The notes under the pieces were generated by a model. The model had not been told where the DNA came from, did not search any database, and was given only the letters and a program-made list of their open reading frames with translations. From positions 277,017,566 through 277,081,565 of the forward strand of contig NC_058135.1 of assembly GCF_016433145.1 (NCBI RefSeq): 64,000 bases of DNA, given 5' to 3'. The stretch is from Gracilinanus agilis (lineage: Eukaryota). Every line of letters begins with the position of its first letter. The first letter of the stretch is position 1. The position numbers were made by a program, and so were the translations under genes. Positions 12,780-25,198 of the stretch are shown here, piece after piece.

Positions 12780-13098
12780 GGTAGCAAATGCAAGTCTATT
12801 CCTTAAGGCATGGCATTCCCATGAGACCAATCAAAATCTGGGAAACATAAAATAATGTTGAAGGGTTCCAGTTGATTGTTTAGAATGATATTAAGATAAA
12901 TGATTTGATTTATTAGTATCTTCCCTTCCCTTACTGCCAGTAAGATTTTGAGAAATAGTTTTGAATTTATTCCTAGATAAGACTGTAATACTTCTGAGAC
13001 ATCACTAGTCCCTAGGGAGAAAACTGCCATAAATCTTGCTTGATCTGTCAGCCCTTCTCACTTTGTGGTAAACGAAGAACACGTTTACAAAGGTAAGT
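12780..13098 (+). promoter_or_regulatory. Candidate promoter and non-coding exon 1 of the OR at 14963
   Basis: Perfect O/E palindrome TCCCTAGGGA at 13009-13018, TCCCATGAGA at 12817-12826, and donor AAG|GTAAGT at 13092/13093. Homologous to 25080-25200. Confidence 0.62.
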
Positions 13099-14890
13099 TT
13101 AACAGGTCTTCGAAATATGACCATGGAAGTGATTAATGATTATTTTTTAAAACAGCTTCAAAGACATTTCAAAAATGCTTGTGGTATTCATGTCTATCTA
13201 TAGGTTCTAAACCAGAGTTACATTAGTTCATATCTGTTAGTTATCATGGAAGATTCATGTTCAAGTCTCAAAATTAGCAGAGAGTGGTCCTATAATTTTG
13301 GTAGAGTTGTGTTCTTTTCTGATGTAGGCAATTTTCTATGGCTACATATTATGGAGGAGAAAGAGAAGAAGCTGACTTACATTTATAAAGGATCTACAAC
13401 GCCAATGAAGTAAAAAGTCTATTACTATCATTAGTGATGCTGACCAGGTGTTTGAGATAAAGGAATGTTTTGTAGATTAAATTATTGTATTTATGCATGA
13501 ACTCTTTGCAATTAGGCATCTTTTAAGGAGTTTCATAAGGTTCTTATTCCTCAGCTTCTTGCTAGATCCTTGTGTTTGCTTTTGTTAGTTTTTTAATGGC
13601 TGTAGTTGATTCTTTTATACAGTTAAATATAAACAGATATATTAAACCATGATATGTAAGTGTACCTGAAATTATCATTTAGAAAATTACTTTCAAAATT
13701 AATAAAATTCAATAGGAATATTGCTATTGTTTTAAAATTAAATTATAAATTAAACTATGAAATTCTAATAAAAGGCAACCTAGCATTGATGTCCCAAGAA
13801 ATTTTCACTATATTTACTAGATTAAAAAATGATTGAAGTAAAATTCTTAGAGAAGACCACAGAATAGCTAGAGTTGCTTCCCTCTTCTCTAAAGTCTTCA
13901 TTTAAAATGTTTCATAGATGGAATCAAATGGTCCTTCTAATTCCTTTCTTTAAAAAAATCAATTTTATTATTATATCTTCTTTTAATAGTATCTGTATTT
14001 ATGCACATATCTCTCTGCCTACCCCAGCCATGGACACAGAGCTGTTACTTATAAAAAGAACACCACAGAGAGATACATATGTATATATGTGCATGCACAT
14101 GGGTGTATCTGCAACATCAAATTGTGAAAAAGATTTCATACATCTGTCACTTCCAAATTTATAAATTTCTGATTTTTGATTTGACAATTTTATAGTTCAA
14201 ATAACGTATGGCCAAGTAAGAGAATCAGCCTTTGCAATAGAAGTCCTGTGGTCAAATTTTGTCTCCATAACATGTGCAATTTCAGGTAAATTACTTGAGC
14301 AAATACAGCCCATGGAAGATTTTATATACATAGGGTAGATGAACTTTAGCCATTTTAATTCTGAAGGCCTGTGTTCTATATCTAATTATCTAAGGAGTTG
14401 AAAATATATAGCAATGACTGACTTAGTTCAAGAAAGGTATGAAAGAACTGTGATTTCATCCACTTTGAATTTCTTCTCACCAAAGTCAAATCAAAGAAAT
14501 TTAAAAGTTAAAGTGTAATGGAGTTGATTGAGTCACAGAGATTAAATAACTATACACTCAAAATGAAACTAATAAGTGTCAGAAGAAAACCCCAAATGTG
14601 GTTATAAAGAGTTGGATACAACTGAAAAATGAGACAACCACCACAAGAAGGCTATATATTAAATTATCTTCCTTTCCATGGTATAAGACATACTGAATTA
14701 AGTAATTCAAGTACTTATATTTTATTTCATACCTAGAATCTCAGTCCTCTTTTCTTCTTGGATACTCTTTGGAAACTACAATGCTGTTGGGACTTGGGAA
14801 AGAGGAAGTAGGCAAAAATTAAGAGAAGATGTAAGGGCTAAGTATTTTAAAAAATAACAATAAATGGTAGTGTTGACATTGCTAAGGACA

Positions 14891-14916
14891 CTCACAATTT
14901 ATCTTTCTCTCTACAG
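14891..14916 (+). promoter_or_regulatory. Branch point and splice acceptor
   Basis: CTCAC (14891-14895), a pyrimidine tract and ctacag| at 14916. The same spacing is conserved at 30814-30839. Confidence 0.75.
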
Positions 14917-14931
14917 AAAAAAACACAACCA

Positions 14932-14958
14932 ATGACTTTAAGTGTGAAGCAGAAGTAA
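14932..14958 (+). other. Upstream [11 protein letters not shown] ending 4 nt before the OR ATG
   Basis: ATG ACT TTA AGT GTG AAG CAG AAG TAA. The paralogous uORF is at 30854-30880. Confidence 0.5.
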
Positions 14959-14962
14959 AGCA

Positions 14963-15901
14963 ATGCCAACTCCAAATTATACAGATGTGACTGAATTTAT
15001 TCTTTTGGGTCTAACTAGTCAACAAGAACTCCAGGTCCTCTTTTTTGTGATATTCTTATTTGTATATATTATCACTCTGGTGGGGAATCTTGGCATGATC
15101 ATCCTAATCAAGGTCAGTCCCAAGCTTCAGAGCCCTATGTACTTCTTTCTCAGCCATTTGTCCTTTGTGGATGCCTGGTTCTCCTCCAATGTTACCCCTA
15201 AGATGCTGGAAAACTTATTATCCAAGACAAAAACAATTTCTTATGTTGGGTGTTTAATACAATGTTATTTTTTTATTGCTCTTGTACTTATGGAAGTTAA
15301 TATCTTAGCAGTGATGGCCTTTGATCGATTTATGGCAATCTGGAACCCTCTCCTTTATGGGAGCAAAATGTCAAGGATAGTTTGCATTTGGCTAATCACA
15401 GTCCCTTATGTTTATGGGTTCTCTATTAGCATAATTTGTACCTGGTGGACCCATGGATTGTATTTCTGTGGAAACTTTGAAATCAACCACTTCTATTGTG
15501 CAGATCCACCACTCATCAAGATAGCCTGTGGTGGTATTCATATCAAGGAATATAGCATGCTTGTTCATGCAGGAATTAATATCACATGCTCTCTGACTGT
15601 GGTACTGATCTCTTACACATGCATTGTAGTGGCCATCCTCAGAATACGCTCTGCAGAGGGGAGAAGGAAAGCATTTTCCACCTGTAGCTCTCACCTCACA
15701 GCTGTCACAATCTTTTATGGGACTCTCATTTTCATGTATCTCAGGCATCCCACAAAGGAATCTGTAGAGCAGAGCAAAATGGTGGCTGTATTTTATACAA
15801 CAATTATCCCTATGTTGAATCCTATGATCTATAGCCTAAGGAACAAGGATGTAAAAGAGGCAATGAATAAAGCTATTCATAGAGCTTTTTTCACAAAATA
15901 A
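14963..15901 (+). CDS. OR5M9: Olfactory receptor, OR5M9-like, intact ORF (312 aa) but diverged
   Basis: Full OR motif set; about 87% amino-acid identity to 30885-31823 (40 differences by hand count). Unusual residues include MAIWNP, VLME and STCSSH. Confidence 0.92.
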   Translation: MPTPNYTDVTEFILLGLTSQQELQVLFFVIFLFVYIITLVGNLGMIILIKVSPKLQSPMYFFLSHLSFVDAWFSSNVTPKMLENLLSKTKTISYVGCLIQCYFFIALVLMEVNILAVMAFDRFMAIWNPLLYGSKMSRIVCIWLITVPYVYGFSISIICTWWTHGLYFCGNFEINHFYCADPPLIKIACGGIHIKEYSMLVHAGINITCSLTVVLISYTCIVVAILRIRSAEGRRKAFSTCSSHLTAVTIFYGTLIFMYLRHPTKESVEQSKMVAVFYTTIIPMLNPMIYSLRNKDVKEAMNKAIHRAFFTK

Positions 15902-18009
15902 TTCAGACTCCAATATCTTCAAACATGAAAACATCAGTAATCTATCATAGAACAATAGAATCTTAAAGGATGCCATAGTAAATCATGTCCAACTTCCACT
16001 TGAATAAGAATCACTGCTACAATATTCCTGAAAAAAAATCATATATTTAGAGACATATGGGTCAAAAAGTAGCTAGAGTCAAGAAGACTTGAGTTCAAAT
16101 CCCACCTCAGAACTTAGAAGCTTTGTGACTGATGGCAGTAATTCAATCTCTGCCTCAGGTACCACAAGTATAAAAGAAAGATAATAATATCATCTATCTC
16201 ACATGTTTGTTTTTGGGATCTAAGGAAATACTTATAAAACTCTCAGAATAGGACTTTTACTTATTCCATCTCAAATAAGGTCCAAATAAGAAGAAACTCA
16301 CTACCTCTTGTAATTTCCCATTCGAATTTTCATCCTTCACAGTTGAAGAAATCTTTTTTCTTATATTGAAATTTACCTAAAAGTACTAACATATTCTTCA
16401 TTTATCTTCTTAGGTAAATGAGAACACAAAATATATCTATATTTATAGAAATTGATTTATCATCTAATAGATACTCAAATTCAAAGATTTCTAAGTTAAT
16501 TTTTAATATAGAATATTACACACAGTATAAACTCCACTAAAGTAGAATAATCTAACTGGATTCCTTACTGTCCCTCTAATGTGTTTTATACAAGGAAATT
16601 GAATTAAAATGATTTCTTGACTCGTCAAATAGTCAGTAAATGTTTACTCCTCACTCACAGGAGTGGGAATATGAGAAAAATTTAATAGATAATTGTATAT
16701 AAGTTACTTGAATGAATTTGTAAGTGTTAGTTATCCTCTGGTGTGGAAATATTTGAATCATATCAATATTAGAACAAGTTAAGTTGACTAGTAATTCTAG
16801 AAGCAACATAAGACTTAAATATTCTCGACATCAAATCCAATAAGGCAACCTGTATCCCATAATAGCCCCAAATTGTAGAAACTTGGTTAATATCTCTTCC
16901 TAAATAAAACTTAACTAATTTTTGGTTTTGTTTGGAGGAAAAAGGAATATTACTTTCTATGGAAGAAAAGATTCCAGAAATTGATTAATATATGAATTAG
17001 AAGTATGGGTTATATGAAAGGAAAGATATAGATGGTTCTTTTTAAGTTCTTTAGAATACAGGATGTACTTATATTTATTCAAATGAGAGTTTTGATATTA
17101 TATGAGGAAGATGGCTTTCCTTCTTTAGTAAAAATTGGACAGTGCATTATACATAGTAACTACTTATTATATGTTGAATACAATCAAATTAACTAAATGA
17201 CTGTGGTTTTTCTATTTTCTGGAAATTTGATTGCTGACTACATATTATAAAATTTATTATAAAATTAACTTTATTCCATTTAAATAGGACCTTTTTCTTT
17301 ATGAGAATTTAGAGAGAAATCCTTGTAAGGTATGACAAATGAACTCTATATAATTTTTTCCAAGTTCGTATAGTCAAGCCACACTTGCCAAATAAATTAT
17401 ATGTACGAATTTCTCCAGTTTCTTAATTGAGTGGAGATAACACTAAGACATTTCATATCAATAGAATTTTATTGAATGTGGAACCTAGTACTCAGTTGAT
17501 TATCATGAATACTTTTTAAAGCATAAAAACCATGTTGCCCAATAAATAGTCAAAAGATATCACTAGATGGTTTCCAAAGGATGAGATACTAAATTAAATA
17601 ACTGTGAAATAGTCACATCAAGAGAAATAAAAATAAAACAACTTTGAGATACCATCTTTAAAACACAAAAATATATAAAATCATTTTAATGGACAAAAGT
17701 AATGATGGTAAAAAATGTGAGGAAATAGAATGTTCCAGAAGAACATTAAATGGTGCAAAAAATTTCTGAAACAGAAGTAATAGGTCAATTTAGAGTTTAC
17801 ATTACTAAAACAATTTTATCTTTGAAATATCACCAAAAGGGGGAAAAGTCATAATATCTCTGTTTTCAAAAGCAAAAAAATAAAAGTATATGTGAAATTG
17901 TAAAATTTTGTCATTACTATTTTTATATTTCATCCATATTCTCTTTTCTCCACTTAAAAGAATCACCACTCTCATTTAATCTCTTCGCTTTCACCTCCAG
18001 TATAACATT

Positions 18010-18810
18010 AACTATTAATTTATTCTCCTTACTTTAAGTTTTACCTCCCATCTGATTTATCCTCCCATTAGCTGCTGAAATGATTTTCCTAAAGAGTAGT
18101 TCTGCCTATGTCATCCTCCAATCAATAAACCCTACTTTGTATAGTTAGAAATTCTTGAAACTTTGGACTCCATCTCCCAGAATTCTTTTTGATCTCTCCA
18201 CTACATTGTGTGGTCACATTTTGAATATTTTGTTGTAAGCATTTCTTCTTCCTTTTTTTTCACTCCTGGGGGCTAGGTGAACTTTTTCTAGATTTTATCT
18301 TCCTTTGCTTCAAGTAATTATTAATAAACTTTATAAATATAATACTTTGGAGATATTGTATATTAATTTTAATCTCTACAACCTCTTCCCCTAAAAACAA
18401 ACTTCTTTATTTTCAGAATCTTCACAATTTGACCCTATTCTATCTTTCCAGACTTGTTATATTTTACTTCTCTCCAAGAACTCTCTGTGAACCACCTATA
18501 CTTGCCTACTTGCTGTCTTGAACATGTGCATCAAAATTGGAAACTGATCCATCTTCACATTTTCCTACATAGGCTATCTCTCATATCTGGAATGCTCTGC
18601 CTCCTCACCTCTGGCTTCCTTAGGATTTCAACTCAAATCCCAGATTATTCAAGAATTACATTCCATCTACTTAGTATGTAATTGTGTTGTCTTCTCAATT
18701 AGAAAGTGAAATCTTTGATGGTACCAACTGTTTTTACCTTTATATGCCTCATACTTAATAGTGTCTAGCAAAGGAACTATTAAATAAATACTTGTAGACT
18801 GACAATTGCA
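18010..18810 (+). mobile_element. Degenerate L2 3' end
   Basis: L2-type phrases gctgaaatgattttcctaaag...tcttgaacatg...ttaaataaatacttgtagactgac. Confidence 0.6.
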
Positions 18811-18849
18811 GAATGTGTGAATTAATTCATAGGTTATTGTGATGCCATT

Positions 18850-21800
18850 AAAATAAGTACAGGTAATAGTAAATATAGAAATATGGAAGTATACAAAACA
18901 ATACCAAAAGAACTTGAATTATATCACCATTGTCTATAAAAATATGAAAGAAAGCAAAGTATATTTAACAATATAAGAGAAGTAGAAGAACACTTACAAA
19001 AATTCTTTAGATAATCTGATCAAAAAGTATAAATAAGTTGATTTTTAGAAAAATAAATTGAAAAAGTCATAAATGAACTTCTCATGAAACATATACTGTG
19101 CTGATACCTAAACCAGAAGGAGCAAAAAAGGAGGAAGAAAATTGTATACTTATCTCATTAATGAATATGGAGCAAAATGCTAAACCAAATGTAAGCTTGG
19201 AGACTAAAACAATATGTTATAAAGAAAATAAATATAATGGTTTAATATGAAGAAAACTCTCAACACCATTGATAATATAAAAAACAAAAGTAATAAAGTA
19301 TGATAATATTAATAGATAAAGAAAAAGCCTTACACTTGTTCCTATCAAAATCTGTGGAAATGATAGGTATAAATGGATTTATGTTAGAAGCCAAGAGAGA
19401 AACAGGGTCTTTAGCAGAATCTTTTTATCTGGACCCTATCAAAGATCAACATAGACTGGCAAAGCTGTGCATTTTGATTTTTCTGCCCTGCAAGTCAGGA
19501 GACAGACAGGATGGATTGTCTGAGATAAAAATCTTTGACCCCTCTCTGTGGCTCCTTTCATTATTGAAAGCATGTCAATTTAATTTCCTAAGACAGCCTT
19601 AAGTTTTATAGAAAGCATCTAAGTACTCTATAATAAACAAGCAATTAAGGAGTTAACAATTTTTCCTGAGAGAAAAGAGCAGAAGTCAGTAGAAGCTGGC
19701 CTGGCCCTGTATCTATTCCTAGACAGCCAAGTTCAAAGCAGGCAGTCAGCCAGTTTCACGTTCAACCAGGTACTTTCCAACCCATAATGTTAAAGACTCA
19801 TTCATTAAAGATATCTTTTGAAGTAGGGAACCTTTTCCCTGAAATGACTTTTAGATAAAATTGAGGCTCATTTCTAACCTTAAATCTTGTCTCAATTGGT
19901 ATTAATCTTCATGGGAGAAACTGGTATAAAATAAAGAAACCTCAGAGGCTTTTTGGAGCGGTCATGAGCTGAAAGACAAATGTTTCCTAGATTCATTTGT
20001 TCTCACATAAACAGTGCACCTCTCAGACCTAAGAAGCTGTTGATAGCTTCTGACAGATTTATATACAGAATGATCCTAAATATCTACCTAAAACCATTAG
20101 AAATTATTATTATATGTAATGGGGAGAAACTAGAAGCCTTGCCAATTAAACTGCAGTGAAACAATTTCCATTATCACCAGTAATTTTCAGCATATTACAT
20201 ATTAGAAATGCTAGCAATAACAATAATAGTACGAGAAAGTGAAAGAATCGGAATGGACAAAGAGATAATAAAACTTTCTCTATTTGATGAATACATGATA
20301 GTATATGTGAAAAATCACATAAATTTTACCTAAAAATTAGTTGAAACTCTCATTAATATTAGTGAAGTATTTACACAAATAAAATCATATGTAAATAACT
20401 AGAGAAATATTAGTTATTCAAGAAAGGGGAAAGATAATATAATTAAAATGACAATACTATCTAAACCATTCTACTTATTCGATGCCATCCCAATTAAATT
20501 ACCAAAAAACATTAATTTTATTGAATGAAAATAATAGCAAAATTATTTGGAATAATAAAATATCAAAAATATCAAAGGAATTAATGAAAAATATATAAAG
20601 GAAGGAGATCTAACAGGACCAGATTTTAAATTATATTATAAGGCAGTAATTATCAAAACTATATGATACTAACTATAAAATAGAAAGGTACGTATTGGTG
20701 GAATAGAACAGACAAATAAACAGCAGTAAAAGATTGTAGTAATTTTTTATTTGACAAAATTATAGATCCATGTTTTTGACATAAGAAATCTCTGTTTAAT
20801 AAAAATTGTTGGAATACCTGGAAACTAGTTTGGCAGAAACTTGACATAGACCAATATCCTACACCATTTACTAGATAAGTTTAAAATGAATATATGATCT
20901 AATCATAAAAGGAGATATCATACATAAATTAGAAGAACTCAAACATACTATCTATAAAATTTATGGAGGAATTTTTGAGTTAACAAGAGATAGATGACAT
21001 GAAAAGTAAAATGAATAATTTTGAGTACATTAAATTGACATATTTTTGTGCAAATAAAATAAATGTTGCCAAGTTTAGAAAGAAGGCAGAATATTCAGGG
21101 GGAAAAACAACTTAGATATAGCTTCTCAGATAGAGGTCTTATGTCAAAAATCTATAGAGAACTTTATCAAATTCATAGGAATAAGTCATCCCCTAACTTA
21201 CAAATGGGCAAAAGATATGAACAGACTATTTTCAGATGAAGAAATCAAAGCCATATATAGGTATATGAAAAAATGCTGTATATCACTACTGATTAAATAC
21301 CAACCAAAACTATTCTGAGATGTCACTGCATACCCATTAGAATTGCTAAGATGACAAAATAGCAAAGTTGAAGGGGATGTAGAAAAACAGCAACACATGC
21401 ATTGTTGATGGAGCTGTGAATGGATATAACCATTTTGGAGACCAATTTGGAATTATAATCAGAGAATTATAATACTACATACTACTGGGTCTGTTTCCCA
21501 AGGAGATCAGGGAAATATGAAAAATAACCTAACTGTTCCATTTATAACTACTCTCTCTGTGGTGGCAAAGAATTAGAAACTGAGGTGATACCCATCCGTT
21601 GAAGAACATCTGAACAAATTTAGATATATGGTTGTGATGGAATACTACTTTGCCATGAAAAACAATGAACAGTCTGATTAAAAAACTTGGAAAGAATTAC
21701 ACAAAATAATTGACAGTAAAATAAAAAGAACCAGGAGAACATTTTACACAGACACAGAGTTAATGCTAGTATACTCTGTGAATGTTACCTCCAGAAAGTG

Positions 21801-21960
21801 AACAGAAATGTGAAATATGAAAGACTTAATTTATATGTTCATGTTGGCTGCCCTGATGATCTTTTGTGATACAGTGAGGCTATAGAAAAATTGGGACATT
21901 TGTGGGCAGGATTGATTATATTGAAATGAAGAAAAATAAGCTAAATAGGTAGAATATTTG
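18850..21960 (+). mobile_element. Ancient degenerate L1 (ORF2 to 3'UTR), interrupted by an LTR
   Basis: A-rich ORF2 remnants (ggggagaaactagaagcc, aaattaccaaaaaac, ctgagatgtcactgcatacccattag) with many stops and indels. Confidence 0.8.
19382..20055 (+). mobile_element. Solo LTR (ERV) with 6-bp TSD, nested in old L1
   Basis: TG...CA termini flanked by GATTTA (19376-19381 and 20056-20061); TATA/AATAAA-like gtataaaataaag near 19925. L1 sequence resumes on both sides. Confidence 0.75.
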
Positions 21961-23039
21961 AGATTTCATTTGTGTACTATCTTCTTTTTCCTTGCTTATG
22001 GAAATGTTTGCTTTGTTTGGTTTTATAAAATTTTTGGGAAAAGAAGCAATTAGCACTGTATCTGGAATTATTCTTATAAGACTCATTTAGAATGTCACCC
22101 TCTATATGACTTTTATAATACTCTGGTAATATCTTTCTCTCTAAAGATTTCCAAGTACTGCCCAAGTTCATCTTATATTTCATCATTACAATATAAATTC
22201 CTTGAGGGCAAGGACTTTTTTTAGACAATGTTAAGTGCTGTCCTTTGTATTAGTTAACTATGTATGATTGGTCAATTTCACAGAATTAGAAGGTAAACAT
22301 GTACGCCACATAAGTGACTAAGACACTTCCTCTAGGGCAATTCCTCAGTCAACTGTTAAAGGTCCTAGCCCACCTCTATTTCAGTCTTTTCCGATGATAT
22401 ACATCAGAGTGGACGTAGAAAAGGACCAGGTCTGGTTTTTCATCTTTGATATTCTTCAGTAGTATTTTAGCAACTATTTCATAAGTAAATAAGAAATCTG
22501 TCTGAAAGGAAGATTGGATTATAAACTCTTTTATGTAAACTAGTGACTTAGTCTCAGAGTGTCTCTATTTCTGTCCCTTGCTGTTGCAATTTCATCTAGT
22601 TACTTGGAAGAACTCAAAATAAAATGGTCATCCTTTCTTTCTCCAACCATGAACTTCAACATGAAATGCTATTTCTAATTTCATTCAGACTAAGCATGAA
22701 ACCAGCCCCACCATCTCTTAAACTGACCTCTCCATGGAGATTTCTCTTCATAATTTCTCAAGAGTTGAGCAGCCAGGTTTCCCAGGGGAAAAAATGCCAG
22801 ATCCAAACTTGGCAAGATCTGAGTTTAAATCAGACCTGTATGTGATGAACATAATAATTTCTCCTGCTTCCCAGGATTGTTATAAGTATTGTTATTGTCC
22901 AAGATGGCAGAGTAGGTTTAGTGATTCATTTCAAATTACATTCCAAATAGCACTGGATATAAGGCCTCAAAATGAATTCTGGATCATCATTATGCACATA
23001 AAAACAAAGTAAAGTAATTTTCCTTACCCAAATGACTTA

Positions 23040-23470
23040 GAAGCTCACATGAGGGATCTAGTGCACTAGGGTAGAGGTGGAGCACAGTATACCAGGGTAG
23101 GACCTATCACAGAAACAGGCCTGGGACACAACTGAAACAGTAGTTCAGGTTTCCAGAACTCTCAGTCACAAATGCTAAGAAGAAGTGGGACAGATGCTCC
23201 AGAGATTGCGGGGTTCCATTTTCTGGCTCTGAATGCAAAGCCCTTATCATATTGCCCAAATACAGAACCAAGTCACAGTCTTGGAGCCAGTTGCAGGATG
23301 AGGAGGTACACCAGCCTACAATAGCACTTGTGGCCACAGGTGATCAGGAAATATTGGTCACAGTCCAAAGAGGTGGAAGAATGCTTAGAGTACTCACAGA
23401 CCAGAGTAAAAGCAAGGAAAGTATTAAACATACCTCTCCTTACATCACATCAGCTTGGAAGAACTGAAAG
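23040..23470 (+). mobile_element. Probable old marsupial L1 5'UTR fragment
   Basis: Resembles the recalled marsupial L1 5'UTR (catacctctccttacatcacatcagcttggaagaactgaaa). Confidence 0.5.
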
Positions 23471-23529
23471 CAGATAAATCCCTGGATTTACTGTCTTTGG
23501 ACTTGCTTGCTAACTAATTGCCATGACCA

Positions 23530-23813
23530 TGTAAGGCATATCCAGATGGTGCCCATTCATTCTAAATGGACCTCTGCTGATTGAGACCCAGGATTTGTGG
23601 CTGAATATTGGGATGGGATCTAGAATGATGCAATTTCCTGGTATAAAAAAAGGGGAAAACTCATTCAATTCAAATTCATTGATTATAGGAAATCTAAAGA
23701 GCCAACTTTGCTAAGAGACACTGGTCGCTCTCAATAAATCTATTATTGGCCTGGACTTTTGCTTCTTTGTTTTATTTCAGATTAACTGAAAAAATATTTG
23801 TCAAGAAGTCACA
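23530..23813 (+). mobile_element. Possible short solo LTR
   Basis: TG...CA ends, gtataaaa and aataaa in the expected order; no clean TSD found. Confidence 0.35.
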
Positions 23814-24059
23814 TGTTTCCTTGGCTCCATCTTCCAGTTGTGGCTCAAGTGGAGCATTAGATGTTCCAGAATAGGGAGTGAGAATCCTGCACAAAAGTAA
23901 GGATGCTACCACTACTTCCTCTTTCTAATAAGGTCAATGATGTCACTCTTCAGAAGTTTATGATTGACCAGGCTTAACATGTCACTTGTCATGAGGAGGT
24001 TTCTTTCAGCCCCTTCCATAAGTCAGGACTCCAATCACCACACAAGTCTTTAATCACAA

Positions 24060-24450
24060 AACTTGCTGATATCCTGCTTTAATATACATGTCCATGTAAG
24101 GAGTTTTCAAACAGAATAAGATGGTATATTGTATATTAAATTCACATAACTTACAGGAATATTTAAATTCCCAATTCCAGTTCAAGGAGAAAATGTTGCA
24201 AGTAGCCAAACAGAAAAAATCCAAATATTGTGGAGGTACAGTCAGGTTAATAAAAGACTTTGCAGCTTCAACATTAAAGGATCAGGGACCCTGGAAAAAA
24301 TGTGTATTCAATGAAATAGAGGATTTCCAAATATTCCTGATGAAAAGACCAGAGATGAATGAAACATTTGACTCTGAAAATACAAAACTCAAGGGAATTA
24401 TAAAAAGGTAAACAGAATCAAAAGATATTCAATAAAGTGAAATTGTATAT
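24060..24450 (+). mobile_element. Old L1 ORF1 C-terminal fragment
   Basis: ORF 24121-24411 (...GTVRLIKDFAASTLKDQGPW...EDFQIFLMKRPEMN) resembles the L1 ORF1 C-terminal domain. Confidence 0.7.
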
Positions 24451-24459
24451 GTCCCTACA

Positions 24460-24566
24460 TTCTAAGGCAGAAGAGTGATAAGGGCTAGGCAATGGGGGTT
24501 AAGTGACTTGCCCAGGGTCAAACAGCTGGGAAGTGTCTGAGGCCAGATTTGAACCCAATTGCCTCC
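24460..24566 (-). mobile_element. Partial opossum SINE1
   Basis: Antisense to the SINE1 body (ttctaaggcagaagagtg...aagtgacttgcccagggtca...ctgaggccagatttgaacc). Confidence 0.8.
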
Positions 24567-25079
24567 TAAATTTTTTTCTGAGATAGTTATGAGATATAAT
24601 GAGATTGACATCAAGAGAACCAGAATTTAAATCCTGCCTAAGATACTTATGATACTGGTTGAGTCTTTTAAGATTTCTCAGTCTCATTATATCTATGTGT
24701 AAAGTGGAGAAAATGAAAGCTTCTATCTCATGCCATTTCATGAGGATCATGTTAGAGGTTGTAGGCAAAGCGCTTTGCTATGTTTATATTGTGGATATTC
24801 AAATCCATGAGACTCATCCAGCATTAAGACTTCATTTGACTAGTAGAAATGAGGAAACCTTCTTCTTGATGAATACCAACAGGCAGAAAATCCAATTCTG
24901 CTCCCATATGATCAGTTGAAAACTAGGAAAGAGACACATAATGTCAAAGGGTTCCATTTACTTATTTAGGTTGATGTTAAAACAAAACAAACAAAACACA
25001 ATTTGGCTAATTAGTAATTACACTTCTGTACTGCCAGAGAGCTTTTGAGAAATATCATTACAATCATTTCATCCTGATT

Positions 25080-25198
25080 TAATTGTAATACTTCTGGGAG
25101 ATCACTTCTCCCAAAGGTAACATCTTTGACATAAAACTGGCTGGATCCCTTAGTATTTCCACTTCTGTGATAAACAGAACACATTGCCAAAGGTATGT
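25080..25198 (+). promoter_or_regulatory. Candidate promoter and non-coding exon 1 of the OR at 30885
   Basis: Aligns to 12983-13098 (tgtaatacttctg...aacac....caaag|gtatgt); donor at 25192/25193, implying an intron of about 5.6 kb. Confidence 0.58.

Noticed and set aside
15392-15748. Antisense ORFs over OR genes (also 31380-31616, 7887-8117, 42342-42530, 8190-8432)
   Set aside because: These are shadow frames of OR codon usage with no independent similarity or splice support.
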